Source: Rhodospirillales bacterium
Lineage (GTDB): Bacteria; Pseudomonadota; Alphaproteobacteria; MPNO01; UBA2964
NCBI GenBank assembly: GCA_038120295.1
Contig: JAYOLL010000010.1
Coordinates: forward strand, 35,149 to 99,148
Direction: 5' to 3'
Length of the DNA stretch: 64,000 bases
The notes under the pieces are model-generated. The model was not told the origin of the DNA. It did not search any database and saw nothing but the letters and a program-made list of their open reading frames with translations. Shown in pieces: positions 53,709 through 62,487 of this stretch. The position numbers and the translations under genes were made by a program. Each line of letters starts with the position of its first letter. Position 1 is the stretch's first letter.

Positions 53709-54866
53709 ATGATTTACAGCAACGACCGTATTCTTACGACCCATGCCGGCTCCCTGCCGCGGCCCGACGATGTGCGCGAACTGGTGGCCGCCAAGGCGGC
53801 GGGCGAGCGCTACGATCAGGCGGCCCTGGCCCAGCGCCTGCCGACGGCGGTCGAAGAGGTTGTGCGCCGCCAGCGCGCGGTCGGCGTCGATATCGTAAAT
53901 GACGGCGAGTACGGTAAATCCAACTTCACCAACTATGTTCGCGAGCGCATCGAGGGGTTCGAGATACGCGAGCACGATGGGGGGCGCGAGGAACGGCTCA
54001 GCATTGTCGCCCGGGATTCGCGCCGGTTCCGGGACTACTTCGAGGCCAATCCCCGGCCGCGCTCGCGCATAGGGGTAGGTTTTCCTGTCTGCGTCGAGGA
54101 GCTGCGCTATTCCGAGAGGGGCTGGGCCGAGTTGCAGGCGGACATCGCCAATTTTACGTCCGCGCTGGAACAGGAAGGCGCGACGTGGGGGTTCCTGCCC
54201 GCCAACACGCCCGGCACGGTCTAGCACTGGCTCGGCAACGATTTCTACAAGAGCGACGAGGAGTTCCTGTTCGCCATCGCCGACGTGCTGCACGAGGAAT
54301 ACCGGGCGATTACCGAGGCAGGGCTGCTGTTGCAGATCGATGACCCGGACCTGCCCGATTGCTGGAACTGCCTGCCAGACATGGAGGTCGAGGACTATCT
54401 GCCCTATGCGGCGCTCCGCACCGAGGCGCTGTGCCACGCGTTGCGCGACATCCCTCGAGAGCTGGTGCGTCTGCATGTGTGCTGGGGCAGCTATCACGGG
54501 CCGCATTACGACGATATCCCGCTGATCGATATCGCGGACCTGATTTTCAGCGTGCCGGTCGGCAGCTATTCGATCGAGGCATCGAACCCCCGCCACGAGC
54601 ATGAATGGCGCGTGTTCGAGGAGATTTCCCTGCCCGAGGATACGACGCTCGTCCCCGGCGTGGTCGGGCATTATTCCGACTTTATCGAGCATCCCGACCT
54701 GATCGCCGACCGGCTGGTGCGCTACGCAAACCTGGTCGGGCGCGAGAACGTCATCGCCGGCACCGATTGCGGGCTCGGCACGCGGGTCGGCCATCCGGAG
54801 GTCTGCTGGGCCAAGCTGGAAGCGCTCGCCGAGGGCGCGCGCCGGGCAAGCGAAATCCTGTGGTGA
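53709..54866 (+). pseudogene. MetE C-terminal domain-like protein interrupted by one in-frame TAG (54222-54224)
   Basis: Track ORFs 53709..54224 and 54285..54866 are in the same frame. Together they are collinear with the intact paralogue 13781..14953 (ILTTHAGSLPRP ... TPGTV-stop-HWLGNDFY ... LLLQIDDPDL ... NPRHEHEW ... IAGTDCG). Confidence 0.8.
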
Positions 54867-55078
54867 GATGACCGCCGAGCCCTGCGGAACAGCCGCAAAA
54901 GGATTTCCTGCCGGACAGTGAGCGATGCGGCTGACAGTCCCCTCGAAACTTAGCGGGGCAGTTCGAAATTATCCGCAATCGTAAACCAACCGTAATATTG
55001 TTGGGCTATACGTCCTGCGTGCCGCGGGGGCGAAGCCTCGCGGGCTGGCATACGGAATAAGGACGGAGCGGCAGGCCT

Positions 55079-55312
55079 ATGGAAGCGACCCTGAAAATCG
55101 GCGGTTATTCGATCGAAATGGCGTATGACGACAAAACCAACCTCTATTCGGGGTCGCTGGTCGACCTGCCCATCGCTGTCCGGCTGAGCGCGCCGACCGC
55201 GGAACGTTTGCGGAAACGGTTCGAGTGGATGCTGGCCGATTATCTCGGGCTGATGCCGAGCCGCCGACCGGTCTTTACCGTGCCTACTCACTCCATCCGA
55301 CAATCGGCGTAA
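55079..55312 (+). CDS. HicB-family antitoxin-like small protein (orphan)
   Basis: 77 aa. GGYSIEMAYDDKTNLYSGSLVDLPIAVRLSAPTAERLRKRFEWMLADYL follows the HicB pattern (GY, EYDxED-xxFxG, TxxEL, DYL). No hicA-like ORF is adjacent. The 3' end overlaps the convergent gene by 29 nt. Confidence 0.45.
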   Translation: MEATLKIGGYSIEMAYDDKTNLYSGSLVDLPIAVRLSAPTAERLRKRFEWMLADYLGLMPSRRPVFTVPTHSIRQSA

Positions 55313-56273
55313 ACATCTCGTCGATCGGGGACGGTTTCTCCAGGAACGCCTGTTCCACCAGATAGCCCATGAAGGCCTCGAGCAGGGGACGGTTGCGCTC
55401 GATCCCGTAGGCCCACGCATTGTCTCCCATCAGCGCCTGCATCTCGGCGATCTCGTCGAACAGCCAGGGCAGCATGAGGCGCTGCGCGCCGGAATAGCGC
55501 ATGTTCTCGATGGCCAGCTTCTTCGACGCCTCGCAGGCTTTCAGGAGGGATTCCGGCACCCAGGGGTGTTCCCTGTAGAGTTCTTCCGGCATCACCAGCG
55601 TGTGCATGACAGGGTGGAAGCCGGTCTTTTCGTAATAGGCTTTTTCCTGCGCGCGGTAGTCCGGGAACAGACGGTCGACGTTTTCCCCGTTGTCCAGCGC
55701 GTCCGGCCGGCGGGCGCCGTAATAGGCGTCGATCTCACCCGATTCCAGCATGTCGTTGAGCGTACGGTCCGCCGGGATGATTTCCAGCGACAGCTCGCGC
55801 ACCGGGCGCAGGTCCATGTCCTCGTCCTCGGCGCGCGGCGTGTTCACCCCGCCTTCGACCCAGTGAATCGTTGAGAGATCCACATTGTATTCATGCTGCA
55901 ATATACCGCGCACCCAGACCCCGGCCGTCTGGCGGTATTCCTGAACGCCCACCCGCTTTCCTTCGAGGTCCTTCGGGCCCGATATGCCGGCGTTGCGATT
56001 GATGTAGATATAGCCGTGGCGGAAGACACGCGACGGGAAGACCGGGATGGCGACGAACGGGAACTCACCTCTGCTGCGCATGATCAAATAATGCGCCAGC
56101 GACATTTCTGCGATGTCGAAGCTGTTGGTCTTGATCATCCGCGCGAAGATTTCCGGCGAGGACTGGATCGGGATATAGCGCAGATCGATGCCTTCCGGCT
56201 GGATCGTCCCGTCGCGTAGTCCCTCCATCCGGTCGTAAGGCCCGCAGGCCATTGTGAGCGGCAGTTTTTTCAT
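55284..56273 (-). CDS. 4,5-dihydroxyphthalate decarboxylase-like protein (second paralogue)
   Basis: 329 aa with no signal peptide and an AAGGGAGAAAAA Shine-Dalgarno. It is collinear with 17131..18120. Confidence 0.7.
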   Translation of the reverse strand: MKKLPLTMACGPYDRMEGLRDGTIQPEGIDLRYIPIQSSPEIFARMIKTNSFDIAEMSLAHYLIMRSRGEFPFVAIPVFPSRVFRHGYIYINRNAGISGPKDLEGKRVGVQEYRQTAGVWVRGILQHEYNVDLSTIHWVEGGVNTPRAEDEDMDLRPVRELSLEIIPADRTLNDMLESGEIDAYYGARRPDALDNGENVDRLFPDYRAQEKAYYEKTGFHPVMHTLVMPEELYREHPWVPESLLKACEASKKLAIENMRYSGAQRLMLPWLFDEIAEMQALMGDNAWAYGIERNRPLLEAFMGYLVEQAFLEKPSPIDEMFTPIVGWSE

Positions 56274-56453
56274 TTTTTCTCCCTTTTGCGGCAGCGGATC
56301 CTAACGGATTGGGCGCCTTCCCGAAAGACGGCACGCGGGGCCGGTTTTCGGCCTGCGCACGAGAATGTGATTGGGAATTTTTTTGCCGCTGGATTGTAAT
56401 TTACAGGATAGGAATTCCCGTGTTGCGGGAAATCTTGAAGAAAAAAAATTTTT

Positions 56454-57174
56454 GGGGCTGAAGTAGCTAAGGGCCTAATTGAGGTTCTATCTTTGCTACG
56501 ATGTACGTTCGCAGAAGTCGCCTTACGGCGCGCCAGCAGAGCAAGCTGATCGAGCATTTCGTAGCCGGGAGCACGGCGCGTGCGGCGGCTGAGATTGTGG
56601 GCGTTCAAGCGAATACGGCGATCCGGTTTTTCATGCGGCTGCGTCAGCTGATCGCGAGCAAGCTTCCGAGCTACCGTCTTTCGGGCGAGATCGAGGCCGA
56701 CGAGAGCTATTTCGGCGGAGTGCGCAAGGGCAAGCGCGGCCGGGGCGCGACCGGCAAGGTGGCCGTCTTCGGGCTGCTGAAGCGGGGCGGGAAGGTTTAC
56801 ACGGCGATCGTTCCCAATGCGAAGACCGAGACGCTGCTGCCGATCATCCAGGAGAACGTGGAACCCGACAGCATCGTCTACACGGACACGTTCGGCGCCT
56901 ACAACGCGCTGGACGTCTCAGTCTTCCATCACCGCCGCATCAATCACTCGAAGCTGTTCGCGGACAAGCAGAACCACATCAACGGTATCGAGAATTTCTG
57001 GAACCAGGCGAAGCGCCACATGCGCAAGTACAACGGCATCAAGCCGGATAATTTCTACTGGTTCCTCAAGGAGTGCGAGTCGCGCTTCAACGGAGGCAAC
57101 CACGCAGACCTCCTGAAGCAGCTTAAATCATGGTATAAACACGCCAGACACTAACCCTTAGATACTTCAGCCCC
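56454..57174 (+). mobile_element. IS1595-family insertion sequence (721 bp)
   Basis: The terminal inverted repeats are GGGGCTGAAGTAGCTAAGGG (56454-56473) and the reverse complement of 57155-57174, GGGGCTGAAGTATCTAAGGG (19 of 20 match). A single transposase ORF fills the element. The flanks are A/T runs (ATTTTT on both sides), so no unambiguous target duplication can be called. Confidence 0.85.
56501..57154 (+). CDS. IS1595-family (ISXO2-like DDE) transposase
   Basis: 217 aa. An N-terminal HTH-like region (LTARQQSKLIEHFVAGSTARAAAEIVGVQ) and a DDE_Tnp_IS1595-like core (EADESYFGG, IVYTDTFGAY, NGIENFWNQAKR). Confidence 0.9.
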   Translation: MYVRRSRLTARQQSKLIEHFVAGSTARAAAEIVGVQANTAIRFFMRLRQLIASKLPSYRLSGEIEADESYFGGVRKGKRGRGATGKVAVFGLLKRGGKVYTAIVPNAKTETLLPIIQENVEPDSIVYTDTFGAYNALDVSVFHHRRINHSKLFADKQNHINGIENFWNQAKRHMRKYNGIKPDNFYWFLKECESRFNGGNHADLLKQLKSWYKHARH

Positions 57175-57414
57175 ATTTTTTATGTACTTGGGTCGGGTTG
57201 CAAAATCGTGAAATCGGCGACTTCGATACCGGCGTTTATTGGAGACCGGGCAAGATCTCGGCGGCAAATAAACGTGTTGTTCGTGGAAGTTGGTCCACTT
57301 CTCAAATTAGCGCAGATTGGCCGCAAGTCGTCGCTGAATTAGGGTGTCCTGTTCTGAATCTCTTTGGCGTAGATTTTTGTAACCGAGAATTCATCAGAGG
57401 AATGGCTCAAGAAT

Positions 57415-57954
57415 TTAAGAGTCTTTGAGCCACCCCACCCGTCCCGGCATCTTCTCCCCGCAGCCCGGGCACACGCCGTTCTTCGCGATTCCGTCGTAAT
57501 ATTCGTTGAACAGCCGGTCGCGCTCGGTCACGAAATCGTCGAGCTGCAATTCGCAATGATGCACCGGCGTGACGCAGCTCTCGCAATACCATTCGAACGC
57601 ATCCGCTGCGCCGGGGCCGCGATAGCGTTCGACGACGAGGCCGATGGAGCCGGGCTCGGGCCGCTGGGGCGAGTGCGGGATGCCGGAGGGCAGCAGGAAC
57701 ACGTTGCCCTCGGGGATGGGGATGTCCTTTATCGCGCCGTCCTGCACCGTCTTCAGCGTCATGTTGCCTTCGAGCTGGTAGAAGAACTCCTCGTACGGGT
57801 TGATGTGATAGTCGTTCCGCGCGATCGGTCCGGCGAGGATCATCACGATGAAATCCCGGTCGCGCCACACCGGCTTGCCCAGCATGGGCGGCTTCAGCAG
57901 ATGCCGGTTCTCGTCGATCCAGCCTTTTAAATTAAACGATGCCAGTCCTGTCAT
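57415..57954 (-). CDS. 3-hydroxyanthranilate 3,4-dioxygenase
   Basis: From MTGLASFNLKGWIDENRHLLKPP. Cupin core (DYHINPYEEFFYQLEGNM, PSGIPHSPQR) and a C-terminal Cys4 site (CESC...CPGC). Confidence 0.85.
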   Translation of the reverse strand: MTGLASFNLKGWIDENRHLLKPPMLGKPVWRDRDFIVMILAGPIARNDYHINPYEEFFYQLEGNMTLKTVQDGAIKDIPIPEGNVFLLPSGIPHSPQRPEPGSIGLVVERYRGPGAADAFEWYCESCVTPVHHCELQLDDFVTERDRLFNEYYDGIAKNGVCPGCGEKMPGRVGWLKDS

Positions 57955-57973
57955 CGCTGCACTCCTATAGTCT

Positions 57974-58050
57974 GCACCGGCCCTCTCCCCCACCCGACTA
58001 CCCAACGCCAGAATCCTAGTGGGTGGCCGGGTGGGGGAGAGGGCCGGTGC
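57974..58050. repeat. 23-bp perfect inverted repeat (77-bp hairpin), family-1-related
   Basis: GCACCGGCCCTCTCCCCCACCCG (57974-57996) and its exact reverse complement (58028-58050), separated by 31 nt. It lies between two co-directional minus-strand genes. Confidence 0.85.
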
Positions 58051-58059
58051 GAGCCGGCG

Positions 58060-59127
58060 TTAGCCGGCATTCAACATCTCCGCCATCCAGTCGGCCGTCT
58101 GCGGCCGCACCTTGTAGGGCCGGTTGTGGCACACATGGTTGCCGTCCTCGACGATGTCGACGATCTTCGGACCGGCCACGGCTGCCCCCAGCCGTTCGGC
58201 CTCCTTCGGGGGGGTGATGCGGTCGAGCGCGCCGGTGACGATATAGATCGGGCAGGTGATCTTCTCCGCCACGCCGATCAGCGTCAGCGTTTTTCCGTTT
58301 GCCAGTGTCTCGTCGAGGTCCTTCGCGTGGGAGCGGATGCGGAACACCTCCTTGTTGAGGTCGGATTTACTCTCCCAGTTCTCCGCCCAGTCATACGCGC
58401 CGGAGACCGAGACGCAGGCCTTGATGCGTTTCTCGAACGCGGCGGCGCGCGGCGCATAATAGCCGCCGAGCGAGACGCCGAAGATGCCGACCCGGTCGCA
58501 ATCGAGATCGCCGCGCGTCTCCAGATGGTCGATCACCGCCGCGACCACGGTTTCGTAATCGCCCCTTATCGGCAGGTCGTACTCGGCCTCGCCCTGGCCC
58601 GGCCCGTCCATCGGGAAGGTCGCCATGCCGCGCTCCAGGAACCCGTCGCAATAGCCGAAGATTTCCTCCTTGGTGGCTTCCAGCCCGGGCAGCAGGATCA
58701 CCACCGGCGGGTTGTCGACGCCGTCAGGCTTTCTGAGGTTTCCGACGATCTTATGCCCCTCGAACGGGATTTCGACGCGTTCGCCCGGCGGGCGCATGTG
58801 GGGCAGGGCGAGCCGGTGGCATTCGACCGCGCGCATATGGGTGGCGCGCATTTCCTCGGGGAATTCGACCGCCATGAACTTGGCGAAATGGTAGAGCAGC
58901 GCCGCGGTGGTCAGATGGCCGGCGGCGCTGATCCCGTTGCCGGCATCGAGCGCGTCGCGCCCCAGCGCCTCGTGAATCTCGCCGCGCGCGGCCCAGCGGG
59001 GCAGCCAGTCCTCCCAGTTCTCAAGGTCTTTCGTCGCATCCTCGAAATCCGCCAGCGGCACGCCCGACGTCATGAAGCGCGGCCTGAAATTGCGGATGAC
59101 GATATCGATACGCGGATCGCGCGCCAT
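58060..59127 (-). CDS. alpha/beta hydrolase (FrsA / 2,6-dihydroxypseudooxynicotine hydrolase-like)
   Basis: From MARDPRID (GGAGAAACAC upstream). It has the nucleophile elbow GVSLGG. The track ORF adds 24 N-terminal codons. Confidence 0.7.
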   Translation of the reverse strand: MARDPRIDIVIRNFRPRFMTSGVPLADFEDATKDLENWEDWLPRWAARGEIHEALGRDALDAGNGISAAGHLTTAALLYHFAKFMAVEFPEEMRATHMRAVECHRLALPHMRPPGERVEIPFEGHKIVGNLRKPDGVDNPPVVILLPGLEATKEEIFGYCDGFLERGMATFPMDGPGQGEAEYDLPIRGDYETVVAAVIDHLETRGDLDCDRVGIFGVSLGGYYAPRAAAFEKRIKACVSVSGAYDWAENWESKSDLNKEVFRIRSHAKDLDETLANGKTLTLIGVAEKITCPIYIVTGALDRITPPKEAERLGAAVAGPKIVDIVEDGNHVCHNRPYKVRPQTADWMAEMLNAG

Positions 59128-59213
59128 GTGTTTCTCCGTGGTCGTTGGGCGACAGCTGTTGTTACGGGAAAGTGTCGCGCGGAAGGGAAAGCGGGGCAAG
59201 AGCGGGTCCTGTC

Positions 59214-59400
59214 CCCTTCACCCCCTCCTTAATCCTCCCCCGCAAGCGGGGGAGGACGTTCCGGCGGAGCAGCGGCGACTCCCTCCCCCTGTTGGGGGAC
59301 GTGGTTCCGGAGGAGGGCGGTCAGGAAGGAGACTCCCTCCCCCGCTTGCGGGGGAGGGTCGGGGAGGGGGAAATTCCCTCAGGAGCGAGGGGGTTAACCC
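59214..59400. repeat. REP-like element cluster, family 1
   Basis: TCCTCCCCC-GCAAGC-GGGGGAGGA (59234-59257), CCCCC-TGTT-GGGGG (59285-59298) and CCCTCCCCC-GCTTGC-GGGGGAGGG (59335-59358). Confidence 0.8.
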
Positions 59401-59433
59401 TGGGGCGGAAGGCTTCAGGCCGCTCGTGAAGTC

Positions 59434-60168
59434 CTACCGGCCGTCCATGATGGTCGCGCCGACCTCAGGCGCGGGACCGCCGGTATGCTGGCCGATAATC
59501 CTGATCGCCCTTGTCCAGCCGTCGCGCGCGGCGTGTTCGTGGAACTTGCCCGCGCCCATGAAGGCGTGGCCGGCCCCGTCATACTGAACAAATTCGAACT
59601 TTTTGCCGAGCGCGGTCATCCGCCTGTCCATCTCCGCGACATCGTCGGGCGACGGGTTCCTGTCCTCGTTGCCGAAGAAGCCGTAGACGGGCTCCGTAAT
59701 GGATTCCAGCCGGTCCATCGGCGGCGGCGGCGTGCCGACCTGGCCAAACGCGTTGCCGCTATAGAAGGCGCAGCCGCACTTGAACACGCCGGGCAGGCTG
59801 GCCATGCCTACCCAGGTCGTGCGCCCGCCCATGCAGTGGCCGGTCAGCGCGATCCGCTCGCCGTCGACGCTGTCCTGCGCCGCCAGCCAGTCGGCGGCGG
59901 CCTTGAGGTCGAGCGTCATCTGCGCGTCGTCGAGCCAGTTCTTGCGGGCGTCGATGGTCTCGCCCGGCGGCATGGCGTGGTAATGGTCCGGCGCGATCGC
60001 GGCGTACCCGATGCGCGCCAGATCGTCGACCAGCCATTCGGTGAAATCGTCGAGCCCGTCCTTGTGGAACGTCACCACCACGCCCGGATGCGGCCCGCCC
60101 CCCTCCGGCAGCGCGACATAGGCGCGGGTCTGAACGTCGCCGATGGCGAAGTCGATATGCTGGCCCAT
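59434..60168 (-). CDS. dienelactone hydrolase family protein
   Basis: 244 aa with the Cys nucleophile motif GHCMGG and the typical DLH layout. Confidence 0.85.
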   Translation of the reverse strand: MGQHIDFAIGDVQTRAYVALPEGGGPHPGVVVTFHKDGLDDFTEWLVDDLARIGYAAIAPDHYHAMPPGETIDARKNWLDDAQMTLDLKAAADWLAAQDSVDGERIALTGHCMGGRTTWVGMASLPGVFKCGCAFYSGNAFGQVGTPPPPMDRLESITEPVYGFFGNEDRNPSPDDVAEMDRRMTALGKKFEFVQYDGAGHAFMGAGKFHEHAARDGWTRAIRIIGQHTGGPAPEVGATIMDGR

Positions 60169-60219
60169 TGAAATCTCCCTGATTTGTTCGGTGTCTGGAA
60201 AAGAATGGAACGGGTTGAT

Positions 60220-61173
60220 TTATAAGACAACCGGCGCGCCGGTTTTGTGCGACTCGCGCATCGCTTCCAGCGCGGCGACGGCGGCGATGGCGTCCTCCGG
60301 CGGCACTGGCCAGGCGGTTTTCCCCTGCGCCGCCGCGGCGAAGGTCTCGAGCTGTTCGCCCAGCATGTTGGTCGCTGCCAGCTTTACCGTCTCGGCGTCG
60401 CCGGAGAGGGGCTGGAAGATGATTTCGGTATTGCCGCGCAGCTCCGCCGAACCGTCGCTGCCGAACAGATGCAGCCGTTCGAACCGCGCGGTGGAGCCGA
60501 TGGCGGTGAGCGACCCGCTGGCCCCGCCGGAAAAACTCATCATCACGGTCGAGGAATCGACAAACCCGTCGACCATCTGCGAGTAGCCTTTCGAGACCAG
60601 GCTTTCGATCGGCCCCAGATGCTCGACCATCGTATAGAGCATGTGATCGGCGAGGCTGCCGGGCGGGTTGGATTCAAGGTTCGTCTTCCAGTCGCCCGGC
60701 TGATAGTTGCGCACCCGGTCGACGCAGAAATCGCCTTCGGCATGGAGGATTTTTCCCAGCTCGCCGATGCGCGCCCGCAGGGTCCTGAAGCTCGGCGCGA
60801 AACAGCGGTCGAAGCCGAGCGCCGCCAGCGTGCCGGATTTGTCCGCCGCCTCGTACACCGCCTCGGCGTCCTTCCGGTAGTTGGCGAACGGCTTAATGAT
60901 CATCACATGTTTGCCAGCGGCAGCCGCCTGCCGCCCGTGCTCCGCATGCAGATGACCGGCGGACGCCACTACCACGCCGTCGATGCCGGGATCGGCCAGC
61001 ACCGCGTCGTAATCGCCGCCCGCCGCCAAGTCGTTTTCCGCGCAGAAATCTGCGATGCGGGACGGATCGCGGCTGACCGCCGCGGCGAACCGGACGGTTT
61101 CGCTGGTTCCCTGTACAGATTTGACGAGATTCCGGCCCCAGCCGCCGAGCCCGATAATGGCCAGATTGAACAT
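60220..61173 (-). CDS. Gfo/Idh/MocA family oxidoreductase
   Basis: N-terminal Rossmann motif MFNLAIIGLGGWG. 317 aa. Confidence 0.8.
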   Translation of the reverse strand: MFNLAIIGLGGWGRNLVKSVQGTSETVRFAAAVSRDPSRIADFCAENDLAAGGDYDAVLADPGIDGVVVASAGHLHAEHGRQAAAAGKHVMIIKPFANYRKDAEAVYEAADKSGTLAALGFDRCFAPSFRTLRARIGELGKILHAEGDFCVDRVRNYQPGDWKTNLESNPPGSLADHMLYTMVEHLGPIESLVSKGYSQMVDGFVDSSTVMMSFSGGASGSLTAIGSTARFERLHLFGSDGSAELRGNTEIIFQPLSGDAETVKLAATNMLGEQLETFAAAAQGKTAWPVPPEDAIAAVAALEAMRESHKTGAPVVL

Positions 61174-61230
61174 GGTGTTTCCCTGATTTGATTTTCAGGG
61201 CAAATCGTAGCCTTCAATTCGGGCGGAGAT

Positions 61231-61330
61231 AACCCCCTCCCCGATCCTCCCCCAGCATTGGGGGAGGGAGTCTGTTCAGGGCCGTTGCACCGGCGGCGCC
61301 GCCCCCCGCTTGCGGGGGGAGGTCGGGAGG
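61231..61330. repeat. REP-like element cluster, family 1
   Basis: AACCCCCTCCCCGAT-CCTCCCCCA-GCAT-TGGGGGAGG (hairpin 61246-61267) and CCCCCC-GCTTGC-GGGGGG (61302-61319). Confidence 0.8.
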
Positions 61331-61377
61331 GGCAGGCGGCCGTTGCCGGATGCCCCGTCCCCTCCTAGAATCGCTCC

Positions 61378-62487
61378 ATGACCGAAAGAACCGACTGTAT
61401 CGTGATCGGGGCGGGCGTGGTGGGGCTCGCCATTGCGCGGGCGCTCGCCATGAGCGGGCGCGAGGTGATCATCCTCGAAGCGGAAGACGCGTTCGGGCTG
61501 CATACCTCGTCCCGCAACACGGGCTGCATCCATGCCGGCATCCACTACCCGCCGGGCAGCCTGAAGAACCGGCTCGCCTTTCGCGGCAAGGAACTGCTCT
61601 ACCGCTACTGCCCCGAGCATGGCGTCGGGCACCGCCGGTGCGGCAAGCTGATGGTGGCGACCAGCGACGAGCAGATCCCCACGCTGCATGCGCTCAAGAA
61701 AAAGGCCAACGGCAACGGGCTGCAGGAGATCGATTTCCTGCCGAACGAGCAGATACGCGAGATGGAGCCCGAGCTGAAATTCAGAGCGGCGCTGTTTTCT
61801 TCGACCTCGGGCATCGTCGATGCGCCCGAACTGATGCGCGCCTATCTCGGCGATGCGGAGGATCACGGCGCGGTTCTGGCGGTCAATGCGCCGGTCGAGC
61901 GCGGGCGGGTCACCGGCAACGGGATCGAACTCGATGTCGGCGGCGAGGCCCCGATGACCATCGCCGCTACGATCTGCGTCAATGCGGCGGGTCACAACGC
62001 AGCCGATGTCGCCCGCGCCATTGATGGCATCCCGCCCGCGACGGTGCCGGATATCATCCTTGCGCGCGGCTGCTATTTCGTGGCGCCCAGCAAGAAACCG
62101 TTTTCGCGGCTGATCTATCCGCTGCCGGGCGAACACGCGCATGCGGTTCATGTCAGCCCGGACATGGCGGGCCAGATGCGATTCGGCCCCGACACGGAGT
62201 TCATCGACGAGGTCGATTACATGGTCGACCCGGACCGCGCCCCCTGGTTCTACGAGGCCGCGCGCCTGTTCTGGCCGGGCATCGAAGACGGCGATCTGGT
62301 CCCCGGATGGGCCGGCATCCGGCCCAAGCTGAGCCGCGAGCGCGCCAACGATATCGATTTCATGATCCAGGGACCGGCGGATCACGGCGTGCCGGGCCTC
62401 GCCTGCCTGTACGGGCTGGAATCGCCCGGTCTGACCTCGTCGATGGCGATCGGCGAGTATGTGACAGAGCTCGTCGGCGCGGTCTAA
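61378..62487 (+). CDS. FAD-dependent oxidoreductase, L-2-hydroxyglutarate oxidase/dehydrogenase (LhgO)-like
   Basis: It has the dinucleotide motif DCIVIGAGVVGLAIA, then SSRNTGCIHAGIHYPPGSLK, which is typical of LhgO-like DAO-family enzymes. Confidence 0.75.
   Translation: MTERTDCIVIGAGVVGLAIARALAMSGREVIILEAEDAFGLHTSSRNTGCIHAGIHYPPGSLKNRLAFRGKELLYRYCPEHGVGHRRCGKLMVATSDEQIPTLHALKKKANGNGLQEIDFLPNEQIREMEPELKFRAALFSSTSGIVDAPELMRAYLGDAEDHGAVLAVNAPVERGRVTGNGIELDVGGEAPMTIAATICVNAAGHNAADVARAIDGIPPATVPDIILARGCYFVAPSKKPFSRLIYPLPGEHAHAVHVSPDMAGQMRFGPDTEFIDEVDYMVDPDRAPWFYEAARLFWPGIEDGDLVPGWAGIRPKLSRERANDIDFMIQGPADHGVPGLACLYGLESPGLTSSMAIGEYVTELVGAV

Noticed and set aside
54222-54224. In-frame TAG/TAA codons as programmed recoding (pyrrolysine or a reassigned stop).
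   Set aside because: TAG terminates intact genes in this window (11681-11683, 25994-25996, 48200-48202). No pyl genes or suppressor tRNA are visible. The affected families are not known Pyl proteins, and one of the three interrupting codons is TAA. Recent nonsense mutation is the default explanation.
54867-55078. A hicA toxin gene upstream of the HicB-like ORF.
   Set aside because: Only 17- and 19-codon ORFs are present, and neither resembles the HicA dsRBD-like fold pattern. No partner can be supported.
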